Virus record (IMG/VR): IMGVR_UViG_3300026521_000161
Coordinates: 1-64,000 of that record
Strand: one strand, 5' to 3'
Length of the DNA: 64,000 nt
DNA from: a virus
Of this stretch, positions 31,099-40,853 are shown one piece after another (positions within the stretch are counted from its first letter, which is position 1; each line of letters starts with the position of its first letter). A model generated the notes under the pieces. That model searched no databases and was not told the origin of the DNA. It worked only from the letters and a program-made list of their open reading frames with translations. The position numbers and the translations under genes were made by a program.

Positions 31099-32337
31099 CT
31101 ATATAAATTCTATTGTAAATGTACTTAAATAATATTTTATAATATATGTTAGAATAGGCATAAAGTAATATTGTTCTTTATCACCTATATCGAATATTTT
31201 TTCATATAACGTATCTATCATAGCTCTATCTATAGTTCCTCCTGACATAGTCGCTATTAATAACTGCTCGAACATAGTTAGATCACCATATTCCAATGGT
31301 AATGTTGGGTTAAAGATTATATCATATACTTGTTTCCTAAAGATATAATGTTCTGTTTCTAATTCTGGGAAATATTGGTTTATTATATTGTTTGTTTCTT
31401 CATAAACTGCATCCCTACTCACATCTATGATATCATCCACTTGTATATAATCTATAGTGAATAAATGAGGATTATTAGAAACATCTGTCCTATCTAATTC
31501 TGATGTATATTTATGCACTCTACCTCTACCTATATCTTGTTTAACTAACAAATCTAATATACTTATTTTAACATCTACTACTTCAACTGTCTCTATTCTG
31601 TTACTTATGTTATTAAGTCCTATAGTATCTCTTATAAAGGTTTCTAATTGTGGATCATATACTAATGATAATTCATCTTTATAACACATAAAGAAATTCG
31701 TATCTTGATTTATGAACTTTCTAGACCATTCAGATATAAGATCTTCCATAACTTTATATAACTCTCTTTTATCTTTAACTTCTGTTTTAGTATATAATGG
31801 CTGAGTTTTAGTTTTTCTATAGTCTTTATTAAAAACAAATTCATTAGCTGTAGAGTTTAAAAGTGTTGTTAATTGTGGATCATCTAAACCTGTTATTTCT
31901 CCATATACTTCATAATCTACATTATAAACTTTATCGTTATTATAATCGACTTTCCTAACATTAGTTATAACAAATATAACTGATTTACCATCTGCTATTT
32001 TAGCTATAAATAAATCATTAGGATTAACAGCTTCATTAAGATCTACAATACCACTACCTGATGATAACTCAGAATCTAACGGTGTCTCCACATTTATAAT
32101 AAAATTATCTATCCTGTTATAGCTTTGTAAAGCAGGACTAAGCTCTGGATCATATTCTGTTACATATGTATTCTCGTCTATATTTCTATGGAAATATGTT
32201 ACTTCCCATTTATATCCTGCTATATATGCCCTTATCTCCTCATTTGTTCTCTCCGTCTCGAACATAGGAACGATGGACTTATTTTGTTTCTCTTCTACGT
32301 TAAGATTAACTTCTTCACTTATACCAAATATAGGCAT
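31099..32337 (-). CDS. Virion structural protein (gp99-like)
   Basis: YIAGYKWEVTYF motif; likely start MPIFG after AAGGAG SD. Confidence 0.55.
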   Translation of the reverse strand: MPIFGISEEVNLNVEEKQNKSIVPMFETERTNEEIRAYIAGYKWEVTYFHRNIDENTYVTEYDPELSPALQSYNRIDNFIINVETPLDSELSSGSGIVDLNEAVNPNDLFIAKIADGKSVIFVITNVRKVDYNNDKVYNVDYEVYGEITGLDDPQLTTLLNSTANEFVFNKDYRKTKTQPLYTKTEVKDKRELYKVMEDLISEWSRKFINQDTNFFMCYKDELSLVYDPQLETFIRDTIGLNNISNRIETVEVVDVKISILDLLVKQDIGRGRVHKYTSELDRTDVSNNPHLFTIDYIQVDDIIDVSRDAVYEETNNIINQYFPELETEHYIFRKQVYDIIFNPTLPLEYGDLTMFEQLLIATMSGGTIDRAMIDTLYEKIFDIGDKEQYYFMPILTYIIKYYLSTFTIEFI

Positions 32338-32382
32338 CGTTATCTCCTTTTTATTAATCAACGTAACACGGAATATTCCGTG

Positions 32383-33759
32383 TTACGCTAATTTAGTGTT
32401 AAGTATTTTTTCGTTAAAACTAGAAACTGGTAGTTTATATAGAGCTATCAAAGTCTCATCCCTCTCTACCTTAGTTTCATCTCTATTAGTAGGAGAGAAA
32501 TAATATATAACGCTTCTATCAGTTATAAAGTTTATCACTAAGTGATAACTACTAGTTATTAGTAAAGGCTCCTCTGTTTTTATATTACCATCTTCATCTT
32601 TATATAATTTTAGATCTCGTTTGTTATTACCATCATATAACTCTAAATACACTAACGCCATATGGTATTCGAATAACTCACTACTATCACATTCAGACAT
32701 ATAGTTTATAAGTGAGTCAGGTATACCTATGTAACGTAAGTCATTTATATTAAATAAAAGATTAGGGTTATCAGGATCTACTTCCAACAATATACTAACA
32801 GCACGCATCATATCGGCTCTATCGTATCCTAACGGATAAAAGTTATCGTATGTAGGTATATGGAACATAGCTGCTTCATTATCCTTAAATGATTTATATT
32901 TAGATATAACATGTGTTATGTCTAATTTATCCTCAGCATGATCTATTTGTTTAGCTATTGTTTCTCTAGGTAACCATCTATCTGGTATTCTTTTATTATT
33001 AACTATTATAGGGTATTGCACTGTTAGTGAATATGGTTGCTTTATAGAAACCTTATAACTAAAACTAACATCAAAATACGCATCATCTTGTTTCTCTATA
33101 TTAACATCACTAGGAACTTCTTCGAACATACCAAATATATTATTAAATACCCCTCTAAAAACAGGAACACTATAATTGCTACCTCTGTTAATAGTTCTAT
33201 CTAGTTTATATATGGATATAACATCTATATACCCCATAAGATCCATATCTAGCTCTCTAAGAGCTTTTATATCATTTATGAGTGCTAATACATTATTCGG
33301 TATTAAATAGCTATATGGTAAGTTATGGGCCATTGTATAACCACTTATATCGTAATATGCTTGTAGATTACTTATAACCCTTTGTGCTAGTGTTTTAGAC
33401 TGTGTTTTATAAGTAAAGTGGATAGTTAAATCTATACCTTTATAATTAGGCCTTACATTAAATCCGTTAGTTCTATCTAGTAACATTATTTTATTAAGCG
33501 GATGATATGTATTCGTGCCTAACCTCATATTCTCATCCGGAGTTATTTCATATGTATATGATAATACTGGTCCACCTATAGTATTATCATATGTATTATC
33601 AGTAACTTCAACATTCTCTCTATTGTAATTACCTACATCATAACTAAATGCTTCAGGGTCTTTTATAATCTTTCTATTAAGATCATCTCTGATAGTGTTT
33701 ATGATAGGCTGTACAAATGTATGTTCGATACCATCTAAAACACTTACTCTAGTTATCAT
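32383..33759 (-). CDS. Virion structural protein (gp98-like)
   Basis: H.LPYSYLIP and YPIIVNN motifs; structural block. Confidence 0.55.
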   Translation of the reverse strand: MITRVSVLDGIEHTFVQPIINTIRDDLNRKIIKDPEAFSYDVGNYNRENVEVTDNTYDNTIGGPVLSYTYEITPDENMRLGTNTYHPLNKIMLLDRTNGFNVRPNYKGIDLTIHFTYKTQSKTLAQRVISNLQAYYDISGYTMAHNLPYSYLIPNNVLALINDIKALRELDMDLMGYIDVISIYKLDRTINRGSNYSVPVFRGVFNNIFGMFEEVPSDVNIEKQDDAYFDVSFSYKVSIKQPYSLTVQYPIIVNNKRIPDRWLPRETIAKQIDHAEDKLDITHVISKYKSFKDNEAAMFHIPTYDNFYPLGYDRADMMRAVSILLEVDPDNPNLLFNINDLRYIGIPDSLINYMSECDSSELFEYHMALVYLELYDGNNKRDLKLYKDEDGNIKTEEPLLITSSYHLVINFITDRSVIYYFSPTNRDETKVERDETLIALYKLPVSSFNEKILNTKLA

Positions 33760-33762
33760 TGT

Positions 33763-34260
33763 TTATTCCCAATCATAGTTTTTTAAAACTTTAACAACAG
33801 TTAATGTATCCCTATAACCTAAACGTTCCATAAGTAATGCAAACACTTCGTCTATAGGAAGATCATTTTTGATATCAGTTAGCTTGTATTCTACCTTTAA
33901 ATGCGAACCATGGCCATATTCAGTCTTCTCTACTTCTCGATAACTAACGTTCATATGTTTCATCATGTTTACTAAATATGTATAATCTGTATCTAACTCT
34001 GGGTTATTAGAAATGTTTATAACCATATCTACAATTTTATAGACAGCTACATCATCACTCCACTTTAGTTTACCTGATTTTAATAACAATATAAGATCTG
34101 AAAGCTTAGTAATACCATTAGTATTAAAAACATTTGATATTAGCACAACTGCCTCGCATGTCTCTGTAAAAGTCTTACTACCGTCTTTACTACTATATAG
34201 TAAACTATCTAGCTCTTTCTTTTCTGTTTTTTTATTTCCTAAATCTACTTTAAACATCAC
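33763..34260 (-). CDS. Hypothetical protein
   Basis: 165-aa ORF with SD. Confidence 0.55.
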   Translation of the reverse strand: MMFKVDLGNKKTEKKELDSLLYSSKDGSKTFTETCEAVVLISNVFNTNGITKLSDLILLLKSGKLKWSDDVAVYKIVDMVINISNNPELDTDYTYLVNMMKHMNVSYREVEKTEYGHGSHLKVEYKLTDIKNDLPIDEVFALLMERLGYRDTLTVVKVLKNYDWE

Positions 34261-34347
34261 TGTTCCTTTATTACTTTAATTCAAGAAAAAAGAAATCAAA
34301 CACCACATGCAGCCTAAGCCACATGCGGAGTAATGTTTGTTAGACGA

Positions 34348-35841
34348 TTAGTCTTTTTTGTATAGTTTTGCAGATTCTACAGCATAGTCATATACTGGAG
34401 AAGTAACCATATCTTTTGCAGTACTAGTCACACCAGCAGCAACAGCTTTAGCAATTTTTGTTTTTGCGTTAATGATTCTACCGATAAGAGATTTAACTTT
34501 ATCAGAGATTGGAGATGCAGATTTATCGATCTCTTTCATAGTGCTTTTAAGAAGTTTTTCCATATCTTTTTTCTCTTTAGAGATTTTTGCACCATAACCT
34601 TTGATAACTTTTGCAGCAGTTTTGTCAAGATCTTTCATATCATTTTTAAGAGTTTCAACTTCAGTAAACTCTAATGGCTCTACATCTTTAAAGTTATCTT
34701 CATACTCAGAAGCTTCTGGAGCAACGATAAACTCTACAACTTTAATACCATTTGCGATTTTGTTAGCAAGTGAAAATGCTTTTGATGGCTTTGCATCAGC
34801 TTCAGATGGAAGTTTCTCAAGATCAGCCATAGCGTCTTTTGCTTCAGTAGTAACACATACAGCAAGACATCTAAGTTTATCAAAAGACATACCAACAGCA
34901 GAAACAACACCACCTTCAACATCACCAACAGCTTGCTCAGCAGCATCTAAGATATCGATATTTTTAAAACCAGCAGCTACTTTAGAAGCGTCGTTATCAA
35001 GTTCTAATTTAGAAGAGTTAACAGGTAAAGTTTTGATCATACCTTTAACCATGTTAGCGATAGTTACAACATCTTCTTTATCATTTCCACCATTCTCAGT
35101 GAACCCTTGAGCATACTTCATCATGTTTTCAATATCAGCCATAGGCATTTGCGCTTGAAGCACTTCATTCTTCATGCTTTCTACTGCTTCCATAAGTGTA
35201 GACTGACTAGAGATAAACTCACCGATTGAACCAGATGATACATCGCCTGTTAATGATAAAAGTTTGAATTTGTTGTTGATTGCTTTTTGAACTGACTCAG
35301 AGAACTCTTGACCATCTAAGTTAGTAGTTTTTGCATCTTTATGTTTTTTAACAAGTTTAACAAGACGCTCATAAGTAGTGTCACCTTTACCAACAAGTGA
35401 AGATAAGAAATGCCCAACTTTACCAACTAGATCTAAAATCCATTTCCAGATTTTCATAGCGATCTCTTTTGTTTTTTCCCATGCTTTTTTAAGCATTTCA
35501 CCGATACCTTCGTTTGCAGCAACGATAGATTCAGTACCTGGAGTAACAACAGCACTTACGATATGCTCTTGACCGATCATAGCAAGGTTTTGACGAAGTG
35601 ATTCATTCGCAACAGCTACACCTGTAGACTCGTCACCTTTTGCAGCGATAGCTTCACCAAGAGCCACACCAGCTTCAATATTTTCACACGCAGTAACTAA
35701 CATATCAAAGTTAGCAGAAGTAACAAGAAGGCTCTCTTCACCAACTTGTACGTCTTGTAGCGCTGCTACTGGATCAATAGCACCGTTTTCGTGCTTTGGC
35801 TTTTCGTTAGCCATAAAGTTTAAATCGTTTCTTCCGAACAT
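34348..35841 (-). CDS. Abundant internal head protein (phiKZ gp93-97 family-like)
   Basis: ANE/GTE propeptide sites then amphipathic E.G..LKKAW..I..IW helix; likely start MFGRN after SD; strong codon bias. Confidence 0.7.
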   Translation of the reverse strand: MFGRNDLNFMANEKPKHENGAIDPVAALQDVQVGEESLLVTSANFDMLVTACENIEAGVALGEAIAAKGDESTGVAVANESLRQNLAMIGQEHIVSAVVTPGTESIVAANEGIGEMLKKAWEKTKEIAMKIWKWILDLVGKVGHFLSSLVGKGDTTYERLVKLVKKHKDAKTTNLDGQEFSESVQKAINNKFKLLSLTGDVSSGSIGEFISSQSTLMEAVESMKNEVLQAQMPMADIENMMKYAQGFTENGGNDKEDVVTIANMVKGMIKTLPVNSSKLELDNDASKVAAGFKNIDILDAAEQAVGDVEGGVVSAVGMSFDKLRCLAVCVTTEAKDAMADLEKLPSEADAKPSKAFSLANKIANGIKVVEFIVAPEASEYEDNFKDVEPLEFTEVETLKNDMKDLDKTAAKVIKGYGAKISKEKKDMEKLLKSTMKEIDKSASPISDKVKSLIGRIINAKTKIAKAVAAGVTSTAKDMVTSPVYDYAVESAKLYKKD

Positions 35842-35902
35842 AATATTTTCCTTTAATGTTTTATTTTTACTAGACCTCAATATAGATATTGGTCTTTAGA
35901 TT

Positions 35903-37606
35903 TTATGATCTTAGTAGACCAGCCTCTTGCATACGCCATAACGCATACATATCCATAAGAATATCTAATGTAGAATAGTTAGACTTTTTATAATCAGTCA
36001 TCATACTTTCAAATGGTGTATTGTGTAAACCTATGATAGTATTATTCATATTGTTACTAACACCTAAGAACTCTTTTAATGGATTTAAATAACCTGTTGT
36101 TAATGCTTTAGTAGCACCAACTATATTACTTATAGTAGAAGTTAAGTATTTCTTACTTTCTTCATCTATGATCTCTTTAGGTAACTCTTTACATAACTCT
36201 TTCAATCGTCTAACTTCTCTGGTTATAGAGTTATTGTTCTTCTCTTTTCTATCTAAAGTCTTTTGTGTTAACTTAGCTATCTTAACAACCTTAGTATCTA
36301 TATCCTCATAAAGATCTAGAGCTGATGTTAATATCTTTTCTACACCCATTTCTGTTATATGTAGTTCTTCTACTTTACTATAGAGCTCCTCTAATTCAGG
36401 GGCCTCATTTGTTACTGTATAAGACTCTATAGATAACGTAAAGCATGATAGAACATCATTAACTAATTTACTCATATCTCTTATACCTTCCAACACACTA
36501 ACTGTATCTTCGCTGTTTGAAAAGTTCTTAACATTCTTATCTATAAGATGTATAAGTTCTACCTCAGCACGTTTATTATAAACGCGTTTAAGATAAACCA
36601 TTTTATCCCTACTAACTGATATAAGTGTTCTTTTAACACTATAATCAGATTCATCATAAGATTGGAATTGATCTTTAATTTCGTCTGGTACAGGTATTTC
36701 TTTACCACCAAATTTAATAACTTCTATCTTATAATCATCTTTTGTTAAATCACTAGCAGTATTTATGAATGTCTTAAGCTGTAATCCTAACATATCCATA
36801 TTCTCCATAACATCTTCTGTCATGATATCAAATACTTTACCACGAGATTCTTTACTTAACTCTACAGCTAATCTATATGAATCCACTAGTATGCCAAGAG
36901 ATTTAACTAAATCACTATTCTTACCTTTACCTAAAACAATATTAAATGGATTTAAATTACCATTAAGAACATCGTTAAGTAATCCTCTGTTTATATAGTT
37001 ATAACTATTAGTCATAACCTCTAAATGATTAAACAGATCCACGGCAGTTATCTTATCCTTATCTTCTAAAGGCATATAAAAAAATGTAGGATGTTTACGT
37101 AACCCATAAGCTACTCTTTTCTTCATTTTTTCTAAATATAACTTAACTTCATCACCTTGTCTTTTGTTCGGCATCTTCTTTATATCCTCTATCTCTTTCT
37201 GTATCTCTTTCTTTCTATCTCGGTAGCGTTCTCTTGGAGTATCACCGCCTGAACCACCACCACCTTTTCTCTTTTCTTTAAATAAACCTATGATAAAATC
37301 AAAGATCTTTTTAAATAGTGCAAATATCTTTCTACCCAATTCTTTTAAAAAATCTAATATTTTAGAAAAAGCGGCTGTAAATGTATCCATAACTTTAGAT
37401 ATAAAAGATTCTGTACCAGGTACAAGTTCTATATCGCCAGCATCTATTTTATAGATATCAGTAGCCACGGGAGCTAAACCGCCCTCCCCTTTATTATATT
37501 CCATTTCTAATATACCTATATCTTCATTAGCTATTAATGCCATATTTGATGTAGGTATATCAAGTTTACTTACCTTAGTTTTATAACCAAGATCTATGTT
37601 AACCAT
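35903..37606 (-). CDS. Internal head protein paralog
   Basis: ANE/PGTES then amphipathic helix and GGGGSGG linker. Confidence 0.65.
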   Translation of the reverse strand: MVNIDLGYKTKVSKLDIPTSNMALIANEDIGILEMEYNKGEGGLAPVATDIYKIDAGDIELVPGTESFISKVMDTFTAAFSKILDFLKELGRKIFALFKKIFDFIIGLFKEKRKGGGGSGGDTPRERYRDRKKEIQKEIEDIKKMPNKRQGDEVKLYLEKMKKRVAYGLRKHPTFFYMPLEDKDKITAVDLFNHLEVMTNSYNYINRGLLNDVLNGNLNPFNIVLGKGKNSDLVKSLGILVDSYRLAVELSKESRGKVFDIMTEDVMENMDMLGLQLKTFINTASDLTKDDYKIEVIKFGGKEIPVPDEIKDQFQSYDESDYSVKRTLISVSRDKMVYLKRVYNKRAEVELIHLIDKNVKNFSNSEDTVSVLEGIRDMSKLVNDVLSCFTLSIESYTVTNEAPELEELYSKVEELHITEMGVEKILTSALDLYEDIDTKVVKIAKLTQKTLDRKEKNNNSITREVRRLKELCKELPKEIIDEESKKYLTSTISNIVGATKALTTGYLNPLKEFLGVSNNMNNTIIGLHNTPFESMMTDYKKSNYSTLDILMDMYALWRMQEAGLLRS

Positions 37607-37612
37607 GATGGA

Positions 37613-38539
37613 CTACTTTACTTCTGATAATCTACGGATCTTCATATCTAATTTATTAAGCTTATTCTCGTAATAAGCTATCTGCTGTTTAAGTTTACCA
37701 TCAGTATCTTCCTGTCTAAGCTCTAGGATTCTAAGCTCTAGTAAACTTTTCTCATCTTTTAATCTTTCTAATCTTAAAACTTGGATATCTACTATAAATA
37801 AATGCAGATGATAGATAGGGTTACCTATAAAGTTTTTGGTAACATTAGAATGTTTCTTATGTTCTTTTTTAAAATTAAAATAACCTAACATACGTTTTAA
37901 GAATGTTTGTGTATGAAAATCACTTATCTTAAATGTTTCCTTAAAGAAACCCATGACAACTTCTGTAGGGATCTCTGATGTATCTTCCTCTCTAAGAGTT
38001 TTGATAGTAGGGACATTACCAATAGTATCAACAATCTTCTCTAAATCAGCTTTCTCCATCTCTGGGATGATCTGGATAAGTAAAGTTAATCTTTGTGATA
38101 GATGTCTAGACATCTCTGGTGATAACTCTGTACCTGATTTACTATAGAACTTATTGATCATATTGCTTAGAAGCATAGGTACTTCTTCCGCGAAATACAC
38201 ACCTTCACTTAGTAATGAAAATACAATTCTATTGTTAACATTGTTAGTACCAGATGTGATAGTCTCTGCAATATTTTCCTCTACAGCTTTTTTAAAGTTA
38301 GGTAGGACTTTAGCAAACTTCTCTACAACATTTAATAATCTTTTAAAAAGATCTTTATCGGACTTTAAATTAAGTCTCGAGAATGCTACGTTTTCAGATA
38401 TCTCTTTCTTATCACTAACTTCTTTAATAAGATCGTGTAATGATGGTATAAGTGTAGTATTGATACTTTTATCTATGATACCGATCATGTCTATAATTTC
38501 TTCGTTCTTTAAAACGATTCTACTTAGTCTTCTCTTCAT
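37613..38539 (-). CDS. Virion/inner-body protein (gp90-like)
   Basis: NFIGNPIYH motif and C-terminal coiled coil. Confidence 0.6.
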   Translation of the reverse strand: MKRRLSRIVLKNEEIIDMIGIIDKSINTTLIPSLHDLIKEVSDKKEISENVAFSRLNLKSDKDLFKRLLNVVEKFAKVLPNFKKAVEENIAETITSGTNNVNNRIVFSLLSEGVYFAEEVPMLLSNMINKFYSKSGTELSPEMSRHLSQRLTLLIQIIPEMEKADLEKIVDTIGNVPTIKTLREEDTSEIPTEVVMGFFKETFKISDFHTQTFLKRMLGYFNFKKEHKKHSNVTKNFIGNPIYHLHLFIVDIQVLRLERLKDEKSLLELRILELRQEDTDGKLKQQIAYYENKLNKLDMKIRRLSEVK

Positions 38540-38548
38540 GACTACTCC

Positions 38549-39670
38549 TTAAAATGGTTGCTTGTTCTTAACAAGCTCTTTCATAACGTCTTCTATTTTA
38601 GTTTCTTTCTCTTTCTTAAGCATGTTGAAATTAAGAGATGTGAAACCTGGGATACTATCCATAAATATAACAACTTCTTCTGCTTCTGTATCTACCAATG
38701 TAACAGAGAACGCAGCTAATGTATCAGTTAACTTATTTTTGTATTTTTCTACATAAACAGAACCTCTTAACTCTTTCTCTATAAGAGCTTTGTTAGCTAT
38801 GTCTAAAATATAAATATTAAAGTTTTTATGGAAGCTGTTATGTCCATAGAAAAGATCTTTTATACTTGTTACTTTATCTACCTTGTTAAGATATTTAGAA
38901 AAATCATTATCATTTTTGATTTTCTTCTCTTTATACTTTTTAACTAAGTCAGTAGCGAAGATTAGGTCAGACATAGATATAACCCCAGCTCTATAATCAT
39001 CAAATCTTTCGAAAAAGTGTTTACCGTTATTAGTCTCTACCATGTTAGAGATTAAACTAGCTGAATCTGTATAAATGATATTAGGATACACAACAACGGG
39101 CAGCACGATAACTCTTGTATCGCCACTCTCTGTAGATACTGAAATCTGTACTTCATATGTAGTAACAAACATATTAACATCTTTAGAGATAGCATTGTTA
39201 TTTTTAATATCCACAGATGCGTGTTTACTTTCATTACCAGGTAATGGAAGTGGGCCATCCCCTTCTAAGAGATCCATAATATAATCAAAATTCTCATTAC
39301 CTCTAATAAGTCCTTCTCCATGGATAAGATCTCTATATTGGAATTTACCGTGGTTAGCCATCTTGTTAACAATAACACTTGGCTTGTCCGAATAAACTTC
39401 TGATAAAACTCTGAAAGCTTGTAATAGAATACCTGAAAAAGCTAATAGTTCCGTTTTAATAAGATCTCTAAGTTGCCCTTCGTCCATATATTTTAAATTG
39501 TTGTCAATAACAACGTTAGGCGTGTATGTGAATGATGACATGAGTTTAGTAATTTTACCACTACTTTCTATATCTGGATTAACTTTAAGGAAATTATCAT
39601 TACCTTCAGTAACGTTCTTAATAACGTTACCTATTAACAATAAACCCTTACTTATACCTGCTCCTTGCAT
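38549..39670 (-). CDS. Virion/inner-body protein (gp89-like)
   Basis: ERFDDYRAG.I..DLIF..DL motif; GNE sites. Confidence 0.6.
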   Translation of the reverse strand: MQGAGISKGLLLIGNVIKNVTEGNDNFLKVNPDIESSGKITKLMSSFTYTPNVVIDNNLKYMDEGQLRDLIKTELLAFSGILLQAFRVLSEVYSDKPSVIVNKMANHGKFQYRDLIHGEGLIRGNENFDYIMDLLEGDGPLPLPGNESKHASVDIKNNNAISKDVNMFVTTYEVQISVSTESGDTRVIVLPVVVYPNIIYTDSASLISNMVETNNGKHFFERFDDYRAGVISMSDLIFATDLVKKYKEKKIKNDNDFSKYLNKVDKVTSIKDLFYGHNSFHKNFNIYILDIANKALIEKELRGSVYVEKYKNKLTDTLAAFSVTLVDTEAEEVVIFMDSIPGFTSLNFNMLKKEKETKIEDVMKELVKNKQPF

Positions 39671-39764
39671 GTGTGCTCCTTAATTTCTTTTTATTTAATA
39701 TAAAACATCATTGGAATAGTAGTAGGCCCCTGTTCCGTTGAAAAAATAATATAAAGGAGTTGCT

Positions 39765-40853
39765 ATGGCTATTAGTATAAATGACGTATTAGACGGTAGT
39801 GAAGTCAACCGTTTTGATAAAGAAATAAGTAGTACGTTATATGGTTTAAAGTCATCGGGAGAACTACCTGTTTTGGAAAAGAATAATGACGTTAGAGGAT
39901 ACGTGTTCTTCACTAGACCACAGTTTAATCTAACAGATGAGAATATAAGGAATATAAGACAATTCTACCCTTTATTAAGTAAAGATGAATTATCTATACA
40001 AAGGTTCGTTAGGACTACATTAGACCCTAGATTACAGACAGGTGTTGTTGGTCCAGGTTCTGACTTATATAAAGATATAATAAGACCTTGTCCTCTTGTA
40101 GATAAAGGTAATGCTTTTATACCAGTATTAACGAACACTATAACGTCTTTAACTGGTTGGCCTGATTTAGTAACACCTACATACACTACATCAGCCGGTT
40201 TAAGGAAAGAACAAATGACTATGGTGGATGGTACTTTTGAAAAATTCGATTCTTTCGACCTTAGTGCTGTATTTGAAAACTTTAAAGGCGAACCTTTATC
40301 TCTATTATTCCAAGTATGGCTGATGTATCCTCCTTTAGTTTTTGAAGGTATGATGAACCCTTATGTAGATTTTATAGGTAGTAACGAATTCGATTATAAT
40401 ACTAGGGTATATAGATTCATCATGGACTCCACAAATACTTATATTAAAAAAGCGGCTGCTACTGGAGCTAGTTTTTTTAATAGTGCTCCTACTGGTAAAT
40501 TCTTCGATTACGATAGAAGTAAACCAATGAGTGACGCTACTGGTAGTATAAACGTTAATTTAAAATCTGATGGAGCTATGTACTTCGATGATATAGTGTT
40601 AAAAGAGTTTAATATGGTACAAACATATTTTAACCGGGAAATAGAGGATTATCTTAAAGATCCAGAAACTTCCAATATGGTTAAAGTACCTAAACGTTTA
40701 ATGAAAGAGTTAGATGGTAGGATGTATCCTATAGTAGACTTAGAAACATATGAACTAGAATGGGTTATAAGTAAAGATAGTAAAGCTTATAATAAATTAA
40801 TAGAATCTGTAGAGGTTCTAGATGAACTTGATGAAACTGAAGGAGTAGAATAA
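39765..40853 (+). CDS. Virion structural protein (gp88-like, tail/baseplate)
   Basis: GYVFFTRPQFNL, LTGWPD, DYNTRVYR motifs. Confidence 0.65.
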   Translation: MAISINDVLDGSEVNRFDKEISSTLYGLKSSGELPVLEKNNDVRGYVFFTRPQFNLTDENIRNIRQFYPLLSKDELSIQRFVRTTLDPRLQTGVVGPGSDLYKDIIRPCPLVDKGNAFIPVLTNTITSLTGWPDLVTPTYTTSAGLRKEQMTMVDGTFEKFDSFDLSAVFENFKGEPLSLLFQVWLMYPPLVFEGMMNPYVDFIGSNEFDYNTRVYRFIMDSTNTYIKKAAATGASFFNSAPTGKFFDYDRSKPMSDATGSINVNLKSDGAMYFDDIVLKEFNMVQTYFNREIEDYLKDPETSNMVKVPKRLMKELDGRMYPIVDLETYELEWVISKDSKAYNKLIESVEVLDELDETEGVE